A stretch of DNA of 63,985 nt, filler included, from Octopus bimaculoides (GCF_001194135.2; 10 parts of 6 records of this genome joined end to end with filler, not necessarily neighbours in it); one strand, 5' to 3'; shown: positions 10,279 through 23,253, numbered from the whole stretch's first letter. Numbers and translations are program-made. The notes: a model not told the origin generated them from the letters alone.

Positions 10279-11619
10279 AATCACAAATGCAATAGTTGTA
10301 AACTGTAAATAAATATCATTGTCAGTGTTTATTTCTAACCTTGTAGCTGCCAACCTCACCTGCTCAGATACAAGTGAGAGTTGGTGGCTAGAATGACATT
10401 CAGCTGCTACAGAAAATCTGCCTCAACAAATTCTGTCTAATCCATGTAAGCAATGAGAAACAGATATTAAAACAACAATGATGGCAATGATGAATTCTGT
10501 TGAATATCAAATCCATAGTAATTTATTATTAAGTATAATTCTTCTCGAACTGTTATAAACTGACCAAAGAACTTCCATAACCTCTTTTGTTTTTGACCTT
10601 GACAAACAACATTATTTTTTTGTCAATATTAAAACAGAAAATTTTAAAATGAAAATGTGACAATTATTGTTTTTATTATTACATTTATATTTATATTAAG
10701 AAAAAATTTTTTATAGATTTTCAGTAAAACATATTTCTCCATGTTAGAAAATATAAAAAAAGATCCATTAAATAAATGAAGTTATTGAGATTTTTTAAAA
10801 GCATTTCTTTATTGTCAATAAATACATTTTCATTAAATGAAATGGTGTTACATAAAAATTTGTTTAATGCAATCTTTTAACAGCAATGATGCATTGCTTA
10901 AAATATGATGAGAAAGTGAATTTAATCAAGAAAATAGCAGAAACTTTATCTAAACTTTTAATTCACACTGCATAAACCAGAGAATTTGTGAGGATTTTTT
11001 TTTTATATTTCTTATGTCACTCATCACTCAAAGCTAAATTTTCAAATATTTCCCACATTCAGACTTAATCTATGCCAAACCAAAATTGTTATAACACAAA
11101 CCACATCTGCAATTGTCTTTTTTTTTTTTTTTTTTTTTTTTTTTCAGCTAATAAGCATTAATGTTATTTGGAGAAAGAATAAGAAGAAAAGACAAAAATG
11201 GAGGAAAAATAACAAGTAAGTCTATAAGAATAATAATATAGAATCATAATCAAAAATGAAATGAACCATAACATTAAGAAGTAAATTTTAAAAAATAGGA
11301 AAAAACAAAAGCACTGATGTCAGCAAATTCATAAAGTTTTTTTTTAGCAAAATTACTTTAAAAATGAGAAAGTTGCGAATAATTTAGATTAAAATGAACA
11401 GAAGTAATGAAAGTCTTAAAGTACAAATTACTATTCTATGTAGTGTATAGGTGTAGCCATGCAGTTAAAAAGTTTACTTCCTAAACTATATGGTTGCTGG
11501 TTCAATCCTTGAGCAACTATCTTCAACAGAGGATGATGGTTGGTTCCACATACACTGAAAAGCCAAAGTCTTACAAGTGGATTTAGTAGATGGAAACATT
11601 GTAAATATATATATATATA

Positions 11620-11906
11620 TCATCATCATCATCATCATCATCATCGTTTAACGTCCGCTTTCCATACTAGCATGGGTTGGACGATTTGACTGAGGACTGG
11701 TGAAACAGGATGGCAACACCAGGCTCCAATCTGATTTGGCAGTGTTTCTACAGCTGGATGCCCTTCCTAACGCCAACCACTCAGAGAGTGTAGTGGGTGC
11801 TTTTACGTGTTACCCGCTCGAAAACGGCCACGCTCGAAATGGTGTCTTTTATGTGCCACCCATACAAGAGCCAGTCCAGGGGCACTGGCAATGATCTCGC
11901 TTGAAA
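11620..11906 (-). mobile_element. Type-B SINE with (GAT)n tail, cut by linker
   Basis: Reverse complement of ~440-743. Confidence 0.85.
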
Positions 11907-12006
11907 NNNNNNNNNNNNNNNNNNNNNNNNNNNNNNNNNNNNNNNNNNNNTTAATTAATTAANNNNNNNNNNNNNNNNNNNNNNNNNNNNNNNNNNNNNN
12001 NNNNNN
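11907..12006. other. Assembly linker
   Basis: N44-TTAATTAATTAA-N44. Confidence 0.97.
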
Positions 12007-12601
12007 CACCACCACCACCACCACCATCACCACCATCACCACCACCACAACCACCATCATCACCACCATCACCACCACCACTGAATAATGACATACGCAT
12101 TTACGTACGTACATAACACAAACTTAGGGAGGGACCCCAACAAAAGCAACAAACACTCAAAATAATTGTGAGATGTCTTGGTTGGTTAACTTTCTATATG
12201 AGGTGTGTGATTTGACATTGAACAATGCATGCCGGGTAATTGTATGAGCGTCAACTAGCGAAGGCACGGTTTTGCTATATGAATACAGCAGCGAGATGAG
12301 TAGGTGTTCAGGATGTTGATAATATCACATTTGTAATGTTAGATAAATCTTGAATGATCGCCATTTTACAGACAACTAAGCTAAGATTTGGGTCAAGTAG
12401 CATAATAGAGAGATAATTAAACGTAGACACGCACGCATGCACACGCGCACACGCATCTATACATACACACACACACACACGCATACACCTGCATTCTTTG
12501 TGAGTGGATGTGTGTATTAATGTGTATATATATATATATTGTGTGTAGATGTGTGTGTGTGTGTATGTGGTTTGCTGCATGGCTGTCTGTGTATTCAGGC
12601 A

Positions 12602-12650
<49 letters not shown>

Positions 12651-13737
12651 GTCTGTCTATCTGGCTTCCTGGCAATATATCTATCTTTCTACACATAAGT
12701 AAACACTCAATACACACACACACATACACGCACACATACACGAACACATAAGCAAACACATACGCAAATACACACATACAGACACAGTATATGTGTGTAT
12801 ACTTGTAGACATGTATATGAGCATGTACACATCTATACATAAGTATATGTATAGATCTACATGTACACATAAGGACTGCATACCCAGATGCTCATCCATG
12901 CCAAAATACACTCACACACACACACGCATACACACATACAGACGCACACACTTATATAAGCACAGTGAAAGGTGCATGGTTAAGGATTTTACTCTGCAAT
13001 ATTCTTTTACCAAGTTCTAAACCATTGTGTCTTCTTCAGCCATTGACTCGGTTTGATCAATGACTTGGGAGAAAAATTTAATAGAAACTTTGTGAAAGTC
13101 CGCCTCCTATGATTACCATAACATGAAGCTAATCGTTATGTTCAATGAATAAAGTACTGGAGTCGCAACAATTCACTAAATAGTTGAGCAACTTGCATCT
13201 TTGTGATTACTTTATCCTCAAAAGATGCATCAATAGTTGGCTTCCCCTTTCGCAGAAAGAAGTGTTTCTTCTTTGAGAACATTCCAGACTTATTAGGACA
13301 ACGACATTTTCTGTATATGAAAGAAATAATCTTGCATAAAACCTGCGGTTTATTTGTCTATCGAAAAAACTGCTTCATAGCCTGTTAATCGTTTTAAGAA
13401 ACACTAAGTGACTGACGTAGAAGCAGTGACGCATTATCGTCCGATAACTACGATATTTAGCTTACCACTTAACTTCTCTTGGCCAAATTTATCTCCGTAG
13501 TTAGTTTAACTTTTGTATAACATCACGTCTCTCTCCATCCGCTTGCACCACGAACAGCAACTAATTTTCCAGTTTAAAACAGTTAAATCACTTGGAATAA
13601 TTAATCGAAATGGTTCTTCTAAAAACACTGACCCTCATCCCAAAAGGAAAGAATAAAACCCTACGCCAGTATTTCTCAATTATTTTTCTGCCTTGATTCC
13701 TATTTTACTCGAATGTACTCTTCAAGCCGTGTACTCT

Positions 13738-13918
13738 CCTGGCAGAATCATTAGCACGCTAGACGAAATGTTTTGCGGTATTACGTTTCGCTGAGGTTAA
13801 TTTTACCTTTCATCCTTTCGGTGTTGATGAAATAAGTACCAGTTGAACACTGGGGTAGATGTAATCGACTTATTCCCTCCCGCCAAAACTGATGCTCTTG
13901 TGACAAAATTTGAAATCA
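13738..13918 (+). mobile_element. Type-D SINE (diverged)
   Basis: GGCAGAATCATTAGCACG...CCTTTCATCCTTTCGG. Confidence 0.75.
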
Positions 13919-13944
13919 TAATTAAATAAGATTAGTAATTGTTA

Positions 13945-14054
13945 TTTATATTATTTACATTATTAACATTTGACGGATATTTGTCCTCATCTTGTTTGTT
14001 ATTAACACAACGTTTCGGCTGATATACCCTTTAGCCTTATGTATTTTCCGATGC

Positions 14055-14120
<66 letters not shown>

Positions 14121-14122
14121 CA

Positions 14123-14154
<32 letters not shown>

Positions 14155-14523
14155 GTGGAGGCGTGATGGCCCAGTGGTTAGGGCAGTGGACTCGCGGTCG
14201 GAGGATCGCTGTTTCGATTCCCAGACCAGCCGTTGATTGTGTTTATTGAGCAAAAACACCTAAAGCTCCACGAGGCTCCGGCAAGGGGTGGTGGTGACCC
14301 CTGTTGTACTCTTTTACTCCAACTTTCTCTCACTCCTTCTTCCTGTTTCTTGAGTAACGCTTCGATTGACTGGCGTCCCATCCAGCTGGGGGGAGGGGAA
14401 CACATACGCCATAGAAACTGGGAAACCGGACCCATGAGCCTGGCTAGGCTTTAAAAGGGCGGAAAAAATTATTATTATTATTATTCAGGTCACTGCTTGG
14501 AATTGAACTCGGAATCTTGGGGT
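13945..14523 (-). mobile_element. Second hammerhead-SINE copy, ribozyme core deleted, interrupted by expanded (ATT)n and a nested type-C SINE
   Basis: 14004-14038 keeps stem II/GAAAC/GUU/GUGUU but lacks CUGAUGA. The head resumes at ~14480-14523 (TCAGGTCACTGCTTGGAATTGAACTCGG). Confidence 0.75.
14155..14461 (+). mobile_element. Type-C SINE (tRNA-Arg-like head with TCG anticodon; V-SINE-like GATGGACTGGCGTCCCATCCAG tail segment)
   Basis: GTGGAGGCG..TGGCCCAGTGGTTAGGGC..GGACTCGCGG..GTTTCGATTCC; sits inside (ATT)n. Confidence 0.88.
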
Positions 14524-14749
14524 AAGCCTGATAAAGTTGTTTGTTTTATTGCATCGTAGAGAGTGGGAAATTGTAACTATCACAGCAATGCCCTTGCTTA
14601 TTGCTCTCCCGATTTACTCTTTTTCCATTCTATCGTCACCCGTATTGAGTTCATCTCTACGCCTCACCATAACAACTACACTTAGTTCTTCACGAGAATG
14701 TCAGGTATCTAGAATTAATTTCTTGTTAAGACTAGATGTTAATTTTGCA

Positions 14750-15012
14750 AAGGCGCGTGGCTTAGTAGTTAAGATATTCGGCTCGCGATTGCATGGTCGT
14801 GGGTTCAATCTCGGCGGCGTGAGTTCATTTGCGTCCTTGAGCAAGGAATTTTATTTCACGTTCGTACAGCCTAGTCAAGGACCAACCTTGTCACATTCTG
14901 TGTCGCACTGAATCTCTCTTAACTACGTTACGGGTACATGTGTCTGTGGAGTGCTCAGCCACTTGCACGTTAATTTCATGAGCAGGTTGTTCCGTTGATC
15001 GAACCAAATGGA
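14750..15012 (+). mobile_element. tRNA-headed SINE sharing the type-C2 tail (CCTTGTCACA..GGTACATGTGTCTGTGGAGTGCTCAGCCACTTG)
   Basis: Tail matches 24740-24835 and 45360-45510. Confidence 0.7.
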
Positions 15013-15166
15013 ATGCTTAATGATGTGCATTTCGAACGCAACTCCAACTGAATGGTGCAGCTTGGGCCTGCACCATTCAATTATGTTAACTTCAAATGAT
15101 TGCCGTTACAATTGAACGTCTTCAAATTCAATAAACGAGACAAAAAGTTCAAACCTTCTCCCATAG

Positions 15167-15431
15167 GAACTCAATGCCCTCACCCCAACCGGAAACTCTG
15201 AAAACGGGGAAAATATCGTCATTAAGCCTACCAGCAAGAAAAACCCTATTATGGTAAAACGAACCAATTTCTTTAAGCAAGAAGGGCATCACAAACTCAT
15301 GCAGGCCATCAAGGAAACTGACATAAATGAGGAAGTACAAACGAAGAAAGACATACCTGGCAACGAGGAGAAGCAAAAGAGGAGAAGATTGATTCATAAA
15401 AGGAAAACAGAAAAGAAGACAAAGAATTCTG
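15167..15431 (+). CDS. Candidate internal coding exon of an unidentified Lys/Glu-rich protein (ELNALTPTGNSENGENIVIKPTSKKNPIMVKRTNFFKQEGHHKLMQAIKE...KRRR...KRKTEKKTKNS)
   Basis: Acceptor CCTTCTCCCATAG|G, 88 open codons, donor TCTG|GTAAGA (phase 0 to 1); non-repetitive, purine-rich. Confidence 0.5.
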
Positions 15432-15661
15432 GTAAGATTTTGAATTTCAGCATAAACTGAGGTAGTAAGTAAGGAGAGTTTACCAGCTGCCACAGAAACA
15501 AATAATAAATGAATTGAGATTTCAAATTGGGTGGAACAGAATATTCAAGTTTTCCTCAACATCATTTGAGAGTCCATTTGGAATCACGCAAGCCAAAAAT
15601 TGGCGATTGATTTATAGTCAGAACTCAATACTCAAGCACAAGGCATGAATTCTCGTTATAT

Positions 15662-15866
15662 TGGTTTCAAATTTTGGCACAAGGCCAGCAACTTTGGGCA
15701 AAGGTGTAAATCGATTACATCGACCCCAGGGATCAACTGGTACTTATCTTATCGAATCCGTAAGGATAAAAGTCAAAGTTGACCTCGGCAGATTTTGAAA
15801 AGACGGAAAGACGGACAAAATGCCGCTAAGCATTTTGTCCGGTGTGCAAACGATTCTGCCCGCTCA
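15662..15866 (-). mobile_element. Type-D SINE
   Basis: Reverse complement of the type-D pattern. Confidence 0.8.
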
Positions 15867-16013
15867 ATTCTCGTTATATCAATTTTGAACATGGAAATGA
15901 GATTGTTGAAATTTCTCGAAAATGTTTCGTATTTTCATCCTTATTCTTTTTACCTGTTTCGCATTAAAACATATCGTAAAAGCTCAACTCAATAATAATA
16001 ATAACAACAACAT

Positions 16014-16127
16014 ATATATCAGCCGAAACGTTGTGTTAACAACAAACAAGATGAGGACAAATATCCGTAAAATGTAAATGATGTAAATAATGTACATAAT
16101 TCCTCATCTCTAAAATATAGAACTGTA
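16014..16127 (+). mobile_element. 5'-truncated hammerhead-SINE copy (3' half of ribozyme plus terminal stem-loop)
   Basis: ATATCAGCCGAAACGTTGTGTTAACAACAAACAAGATGAGGAC...TCCTCATCTC..ATATAGAACTGTA. Confidence 0.8.
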
Positions 16128-16567
16128 TTGTTACCAGGCTTAAACCTTCAGTAGAGTGTCTGAGTTGTTCTTCGATCTGGGCGAAATAACAAATCGCTCT
16201 CAATTCACGCTAAACCGTGTTAGAAGGAGACACAAAGGAGTTGAGAAAGAGAGGCCATAATGCTGGATTAGCTTGAAGGGAAACTAAACAGGAGGGTCAC
16301 AGACAGAACGCCTTTTTTCGTTTTTAATACCATAGGTCTATTTAAGTATGGCTGACCTGGGAGCCAAGACACCAACGACAGTAACATGAGTACATGAACA
16401 ACAACAGTCACTACTACTACTACTGCTGCTGCTTTATAGAATACACTGCCTGTACTCCACACAGCCTCTTAACCATCAATAGATTTTGTTCGAATTTTCG
16501 TCGTGATTATCTTTGTAAATTTATCTCACTGTCAATACCAACTCTGGCAATCTGCATATTGGGCCAC

Positions 16568-16611
<44 letters not shown>

Positions 16612-16959
16612 ACACACCTCCAGACATACACTCTCACTCTCTCACACACACACACACACACGAATAATTTATCTCATATCCTTATCTGTCTTATGTCTTA
16701 TCTGGCACACTCACATTTCTTTCATATGCTCTTACTCTTTCATTTCGTCTAGCTGCTATTTTCTTATCTTTCCCCTTCTCTCCTTCTCTCTCCCTCCCCC
16801 CTCTCTCTCTCTCTCTCACTTTTTTCTTCTGTTTCCTCCTTTCCTTGCATGACTATCCTCCCTCTTCTTTCATTCTCTTTGATTTTTTTTTCTTCTTTTT
16901 TTTTTTTCTATTTAGTCTTTGTCTATAAACCACTAGCAGGTCGTTCCTTCTCTCCTTCG

Positions 16960-17003
<44 letters not shown>

Positions 17004-17331
17004 CTTTCTCTCTTTCGTCACTCTCTCCCTCTCTCTTCCCTATTTCTCTTTCGTGACTCTATCTCTCTCTCTCTCTTTCTCTCTCTCCCTCTTAATCTTT
17101 TTGCGTTTCACTTTTACCGTCTCTGACTCTCTTATTAACTCTCCCCCTCTCTCTCTCTCTCTTCCATTTCTCTCTCTCGTCACTCACGTCCCTCTCTTTC
17201 CCTTTCTCTCTCTCTCTTACTCCATCTTCCCTCTCTCTCTCTCTCTCTCTCTCACCTCTCTTTCTATCTTTCTCTCTCTCCCTCTTAATCTTTTTGCATT
17301 TCACTGTTACCATCCCTCACTCTCTGATTAA

Positions 17332-17362
<31 letters not shown>

Positions 17363-17561
17363 CCTTTATCAGTTTGTTTTTCACTCACCCTCTCTGATTA
17401 ACTCTTCCCCTTTCTCTCTCCTCCTCCTCCTCCTTTTCTCTTAGGCCCTGTCTGTCTGTCTGACTGACTGTCTAATTTCTGTCTGTCTGTCTGTGTGTCT
17501 GTATATTTTCCAATCTTCCAATTTCCATTTTTGTTATATTTTTTCTTCGTATTTTTCTTTA

Positions 17562-18272
17562 TCTTTTACTTGTTTCAGTCATAGAATTGTGGCCATACTG
17601 GAGCACCTCGTTCAAGCGTTTAATCCAGCAAATCGACTCCAGCACTCATTATGTTTTTCAGAGCATGTTTCTTATTCTATCGGTCTTCAATGCCGAACTG
17701 CTATGTTACATGAACATAAACAAACCAATACCGGTCTGTCAAGTCGTGGTGGCGGCGATGGTGAAGATGGTGGTTGGTAGTGGTAGTAGTAGGAGTGGTA
17801 GTGGTGGTGGTGGTCGTCGTCGTCGTCGTAGTGATGGTGGTGNNNNNNNNNNNNNNNNNNNNNNNNNNNNNNNNNNNNNNNNNNNNNNNNNNNNNNNNNN
17901 NNNNNNNNNNNNNNNNNNNNNNNNNNNNNNNNNNNNNNNNNNNNNNNNNNNNNNNNNNNNNNNNNACATATACATTCACACACATACATACATTCACACA
18001 TATACGCATACATACATACATACATAGATATATACGTACATACATACATATATGCGTACACCCATACATACATACATTCGTACATACATACGTACATACA
18101 TACGTACATACATACATACATTCGTACATACATACGTACATACATACATACATACATACATACAGACATTCGTACATACATACATACATACATTCGTACA
18201 TACATACGTACTTACATACATACATACATACATTCGTACATACATGCATACATACATACATACATACATTCG

Positions 18273-18306
<34 letters not shown>

Positions 18307-18428
18307 CATACATACGTACTTACATACAACGCTCTTCCACATTGTCCATCAACCGAAATTTCCTCACAAGGCACTGGTTGGCCCAGGGCTATAGTAGAAG
18401 ACATTTGCCTAAGGTGCCGCGCAATGAC
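17562..18428 (-). mobile_element. Type-A SINE halves separated by ~570 bp of microsatellite and a gap
   Basis: 3' half 17562-17760; 5' half ~18335-18428; (GGT/AGT/CGT)n and (CATA)n in between. Confidence 0.65.
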
Positions 18429-18759
18429 ACGGCTCCCCAAACCACGTAGCTTCAAAACAAGTTTCGCAATGGCTGTCATCCTTGCGTATCGTTGCTTCAA
18501 TCGTTTTTGTTGTTAATTTCTTTCTCTTTCATTCTATTTTCTTCTACGTTTTTGTTTACAGTTCATTTGTTGTTTGTTATTTATTCACTCATTCACTTAA
18601 CTTTTTTCTTTCTCCTATTCTTTTGTTCTCAATTTCTTTGCTTTTTACTTTCATTTTCTGTCTTCCTTTGTTCGTTTCTTTCTTTCATTCACTTACTCAA
18701 TCTTATCCTTTGTTTATTTGTTTCTTTCTTTCTGTCACTCTCTTTGTTTCTTTGGTTCT

Positions 18760-19410
18760 TTGTTTGTTTGTTTGTTTGTTTGTTTGTTTGTTTCTTTCTT
18801 TCATTCATTCATTCTTTCTCTCTTTCTTTCTTTCATTCATTTATTCTTTCTCTCTTTCTTTCTTTCTTTCTTTCTCTCTTTCTTTCTTTCTCTATTTCTT
18901 TCATTCATTCTTTCTCTCTTTCTTTCATTCATTCATTCATTCATTCATTCTTTCTTTCTCTCTTTCTTTCTCTCTTTCTCTCTTTCTTTCTTTCTTTGTT
19001 TCTTTCTTTCTCTCTTTCTTTCTTTCTTTCTTTGTTTCTTTCTTTCTTTCTCTCTTTCTTTCTTTCGTTCTTTCTTTCTTTCTTTTTCTTTCATTCTTTC
19101 ATTCTTTCTTTCATTCTTTCTTTCATTCTTTCTTTCTTTCATTCTTTCTTTCATTCTTTCTTTCTTTCATTCTTTCTTTCTTTCTTTCTTTCATTCTTTC
19201 ATTCTTTCTTTCATTCTTTCTTTCTTTCATTCTTTCTTTCTTTCATTCTTTCTTTCTTTCGTTCTTTCTTTCTTTCATTCTTTCTTTCTTTCATTCTTTC
19301 ATTCTTTCTTTCATTCTTTCTTTCTTTCATTCTTTCTTTCTTTCTTTCATTCTTTCTTTCCTTCATTCTTTCATTCTTTCTTTCATTCTTTCTTTCCTCT
19401 TTTATTTCTA
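18760..19410. repeat. Long compound (TTTG)n/(TTTC)n/(TTCA)n microsatellite
   Basis: Direct reading; source of the spurious Phe/Ser/Leu ORFs. Confidence 0.95.
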
Positions 19411-19777
19411 GCATTCTTCAGTCATATTCACTTTTCTTCATTTATCCTTATTTCATGTCTTTCTTTCTCCCTTCCTTCCCGATTTCCTTCCTCCCATTTT
19501 TCTTTGCATCTTTTCTTCCTTCCTTCCTTCCTTCCTTTCTTACTTGCTTCTTTTCTTAATTTCGTTCTTCACCATTTCTCTCTTTTATTTCGTTCTTCCC
19601 TTTGGGCTTTTCTTCTTTATTTCGTTCGCTCTTCCTTTCTTCCGTTTTCTTTCATTCTATTTAGTCCTTCCTTTCGTTCTTTCTCTAAATCATTTCTTCT
19701 TCAACCTTCACACTTCATCTCTCGAAAGCATAAGAGAAAAAAACCCACCTCAAAAACTGAAAACAACCAAAAATTCC

Positions 19778-19840
<63 letters not shown>

Positions 19841-20066
19841 CAATAAATAAATAATGAAGCAGAGATATATTTAAAAATAATACATAAGTACATTTCTAGA
19901 TATTAAAAAAATACGGTCAAAACTACACTCATAAACTATTAAATAAATAAAGATATTTATTTAAAAATACATAAGCAAAATATTAAATATTGGTAAAAAA
20001 AGAATACATTAAAAAGATGTTTGAATTGTGAACTGCGATTGAAAACAGAATCATAAAATATAAAAC

Positions 20067-20220
20067 AAAATGGCCACCGCGTAAAATGACGTTCGAACGG
20101 CGAATAGATTTGTTAAGATATTTGGAAGAGGAAATAAATATAACAAATATGGCGAAATCATTGCGTTCAGTTACTTTGTCTTGATTGTTATCCAGTTATC
20201 TTAACTTGGACTGATTGGCG
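20067..20220. promoter_or_regulatory. Possible promoter-like island (YY1-type AAAATGGCC and ATATGGCG, reverse CCAAT box)
   Basis: Motifs at 20067-20075, 20147-20154 and 20214-20218 in locally CpG-richer unique sequence; motif-only evidence. Confidence 0.25.
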
Positions 20221-20802
20221 GCTGATCTACCTTGCTTCAGGATGGTACAGCTTAAGGGTATAACGACAGAATCACGGCATGCGCGTATACATAGATGTAC
20301 ATGCACGCGCGCTTACACGCACACATACGCGCGCACGAATGCGCACGCATAAACGCATTCACGCAGCCGCATACAAACGTCTTAACATGTTATAATCACA
20401 TAGACTCACACGGAAAGAGACAGAGAGAGAGAGAGAGGGGAAGAGAGAAATAATATATGTGTGGGTGTGTATGTATGTGTGTGTAGAAGTGTGAAGAAAG
20501 ACAGAGAGAAAGAGAGAGAGAGATTGAGGAAGAAAGAAAGCGTGAGATGAGAAAGAATGATAGTAATCCGGTGTATAGATAAATAGGTAAGATGGCGGAT
20601 GCTTGCGGAGTGCGTGACTCCTTGTTGATCTGTCTGACCGTTTATCAGTCTGCCTCTCTGGTTGTCTGCTCGTCTTTTTTTCTCTCCACACGCATGCGCA
20701 TATAAATGTGTGTGTGTGTTTGTGTGTGTGTGTGTTTCCAGAGATACATAGAGACATGCATACATTTATGAACACCTCTGTGCATGTATCCCAGTATGTG
20801 TG

Positions 20803-20845
<43 letters not shown>

Positions 20846-20912
20846 GTCTGTCTATCTGTCTGTCTGTCTGTCTGTCTATCGATCAATCTATCTATGTATG
20901 TATCTATCACGA

Positions 20913-20970
<58 letters not shown>

Positions 20971-21221
20971 CATCATCATCGTTATCATCATCGTCATCGT
21001 CATCATCATCATCGTCCTCATCATCGNNNNNNNNNNNNNNNNNNNNNNNNNNNNNNNNNNNNNNNNNNNNNNNNNNNNNNNNNNNNNNNNNNNNNNNNNN
21101 NNNNNNNNNNNNNNNNNNNNNNNNNNNNNNNNNNNNNNNNNNNNNNNNNNNNNNNNNNNNNNNNNNNNNNNNACCACCACCACCATCCTCATCATCCTCA
21201 TCATCATCACAACCACCACCG

Positions 21222-21274
<53 letters not shown>

Positions 21275-21758
21275 GTCACCATCATCATCTTCAGCATGAT
21301 TATCTTAATCACGCGCGCACAAAGCTGTAGGCAGAGGCAAAGCTTTTTTTATCGATCGCGGGTTCTTATCAAACTTTCAACTCACGCTTGCGCCCCCCCA
21401 CCACCACCACCACCGTACCATTTCCCCCCTTTCCTTAGCAACACTCGCCGCAACAACAACAACAACAACAACAACTACTACTACAACTACAACCGAACGG
21501 ACAACACCATCTGTAGTTAGAACCACAACAGTTATAACAACAACACCAACGAAAACGATGATAAAAACAATTACAAAAACAAAGAAAACTGGTGCAGCAA
21601 CATGTCCTTGCCTCACCCCCCAACATCAACACTAGACTCACTGACTCACAGACACATACACACGTATACGTATATGTATATATGTGTATATATACATATG
21701 CATATATATACACATATGTATATATATATATATGTATATATATATATGTATATATATG

Positions 21759-21798
<40 letters not shown>

Positions 21799-21976
21799 AT
21801 ATATATATATATACATATATTGTATATTTATATTTATGTATATATATACATATACATATATACACATATATGTATATATACATGTATATATATGTATGTA
21901 TATATATACAGACACACAATATATATATATACGTATATGCATGTATATATATATATATATATACATATATATATGC

Positions 21977-22011
<35 letters not shown>

Positions 22012-22318
22012 NNNNNNNNNNNNNNNNNNNNNNNNNNNNNNNNNNNNNNNNNNNNNNNNNNNNNNNNNNNNNNNNNNNNNNNNNNNNNNNNNNNNNNNNN
22101 NNNNNNNNNNNNNNNNNNNNNNNNNNNNNNNNNNNNNNNNNNNNNNNNNNNNNNNNNNNNNNNNNNNNNNNNNNNNNNNNNNNNNNNNNNNNNNNNNNNN
22201 NNNNNNNNNNNNNNNNNNNNNNNNNNNNNNNNNNNNNNNNNNNNNNNNNNNNNNNNNNNNNNNNNNNNNNNNNNNNNNNNNNNNNNNNNNNNNNNNNNNN
22301 NNNNNNNNNNNNNNNNNN

Positions 22319-22373
<55 letters not shown>

Positions 22374-23253
22374 CACACGCGCATACATATATACACACAC
22401 ATTCACAGAAACCACACTCCCTCACACACACTTATACACACACACATATACAAACACACACACACACACATACACACACGCACACACACCACCTATCTAA
22501 GTTTTGTCTTATCTCTCTTCCAGCCGCGTTCAAACTTTATCCTGAATGCAATCTTATCACCAGAGTTGAGTTTCTTCTCTCTCTCTCCCCGTCCGTCCGT
22601 CTCTCACTCTCTTTCTCTCTCTCTCTTTGCTGTCTTTCTCCTTCTCCCTCTCCCTCTGTCTCTCTGTCTGTCTCTCTCCCTGTTTTTCTTATTCTGTCTC
22701 TCTTCCTCCGTCACTCAAATCTTCTTCTTATTATTATTAGTATTGTTCATCTAACATTTCACAAGCGTTCTTCGTCGCTCTCTCTTTCTCCTCCTCTCCT
22801 TCTATCTCTCTCCCTCTATCTCTCTCTCTCTCCCTCTATGTCTCACGCTCTCCATCTCTCTCTCTCTCTCCCTCTAATACATTATCCCCCTTCTTCATCA
22901 CCATCCTCCTCTCTCTCTACCACACTACTTCCTTCTCTACTTTCGTTTTCCCTCCTTCCCTTCACATACTGTCCTCTCGTCGTCTGCTCCCTCTCACTAC
23001 CACTCTCTCTCTAATAGACTATCTCCTCCTTCACCTCTCCCATATTTCACTCTCTAAAACACTACTTCATCCCCTACCTTCACTTTCCGTCTTCCTCTCT
23101 TTCTCTCCCTCTTCCCTATAATCACACTACCCCCCTCTCTCTCTCTTACTCTTTACGCTTGTTCATCAATTATTTCGCTCGCTTACCTCCTCCGTCTCCT
23201 ATATCTCTCTCCCTCTCTTTAACACTCTATCACGTTCTCCACCCCTCTTTCTC

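Noticed and set aside
11148-11215. Plus-strand 68-nt exon with poly(T)-CAG acceptor and GTAAGT donor
   Set aside because: Acceptor derives from a poly(T) run; peptide is low-complexity; no partner exon.
14155-14230. tRNA-Arg(TCG)-like gene (also at 24534, 43786, 59956)
   Set aside because: These are SINE heads: acceptor stem incomplete, and each continues into a shared SINE body with tail/TSD.
18482-19854. 300-380-aa Phe/Ser/Leu ORFs resembling membrane proteins
   Set aside because: Translations of (TTTC/TTCA)n microsatellite.
20784-23014. Long His/Ile/Tyr-rich ORFs
   Set aside because: Simple repeats plus N-gaps read as open frame; the same applies to all X-rich ORFs in the track.
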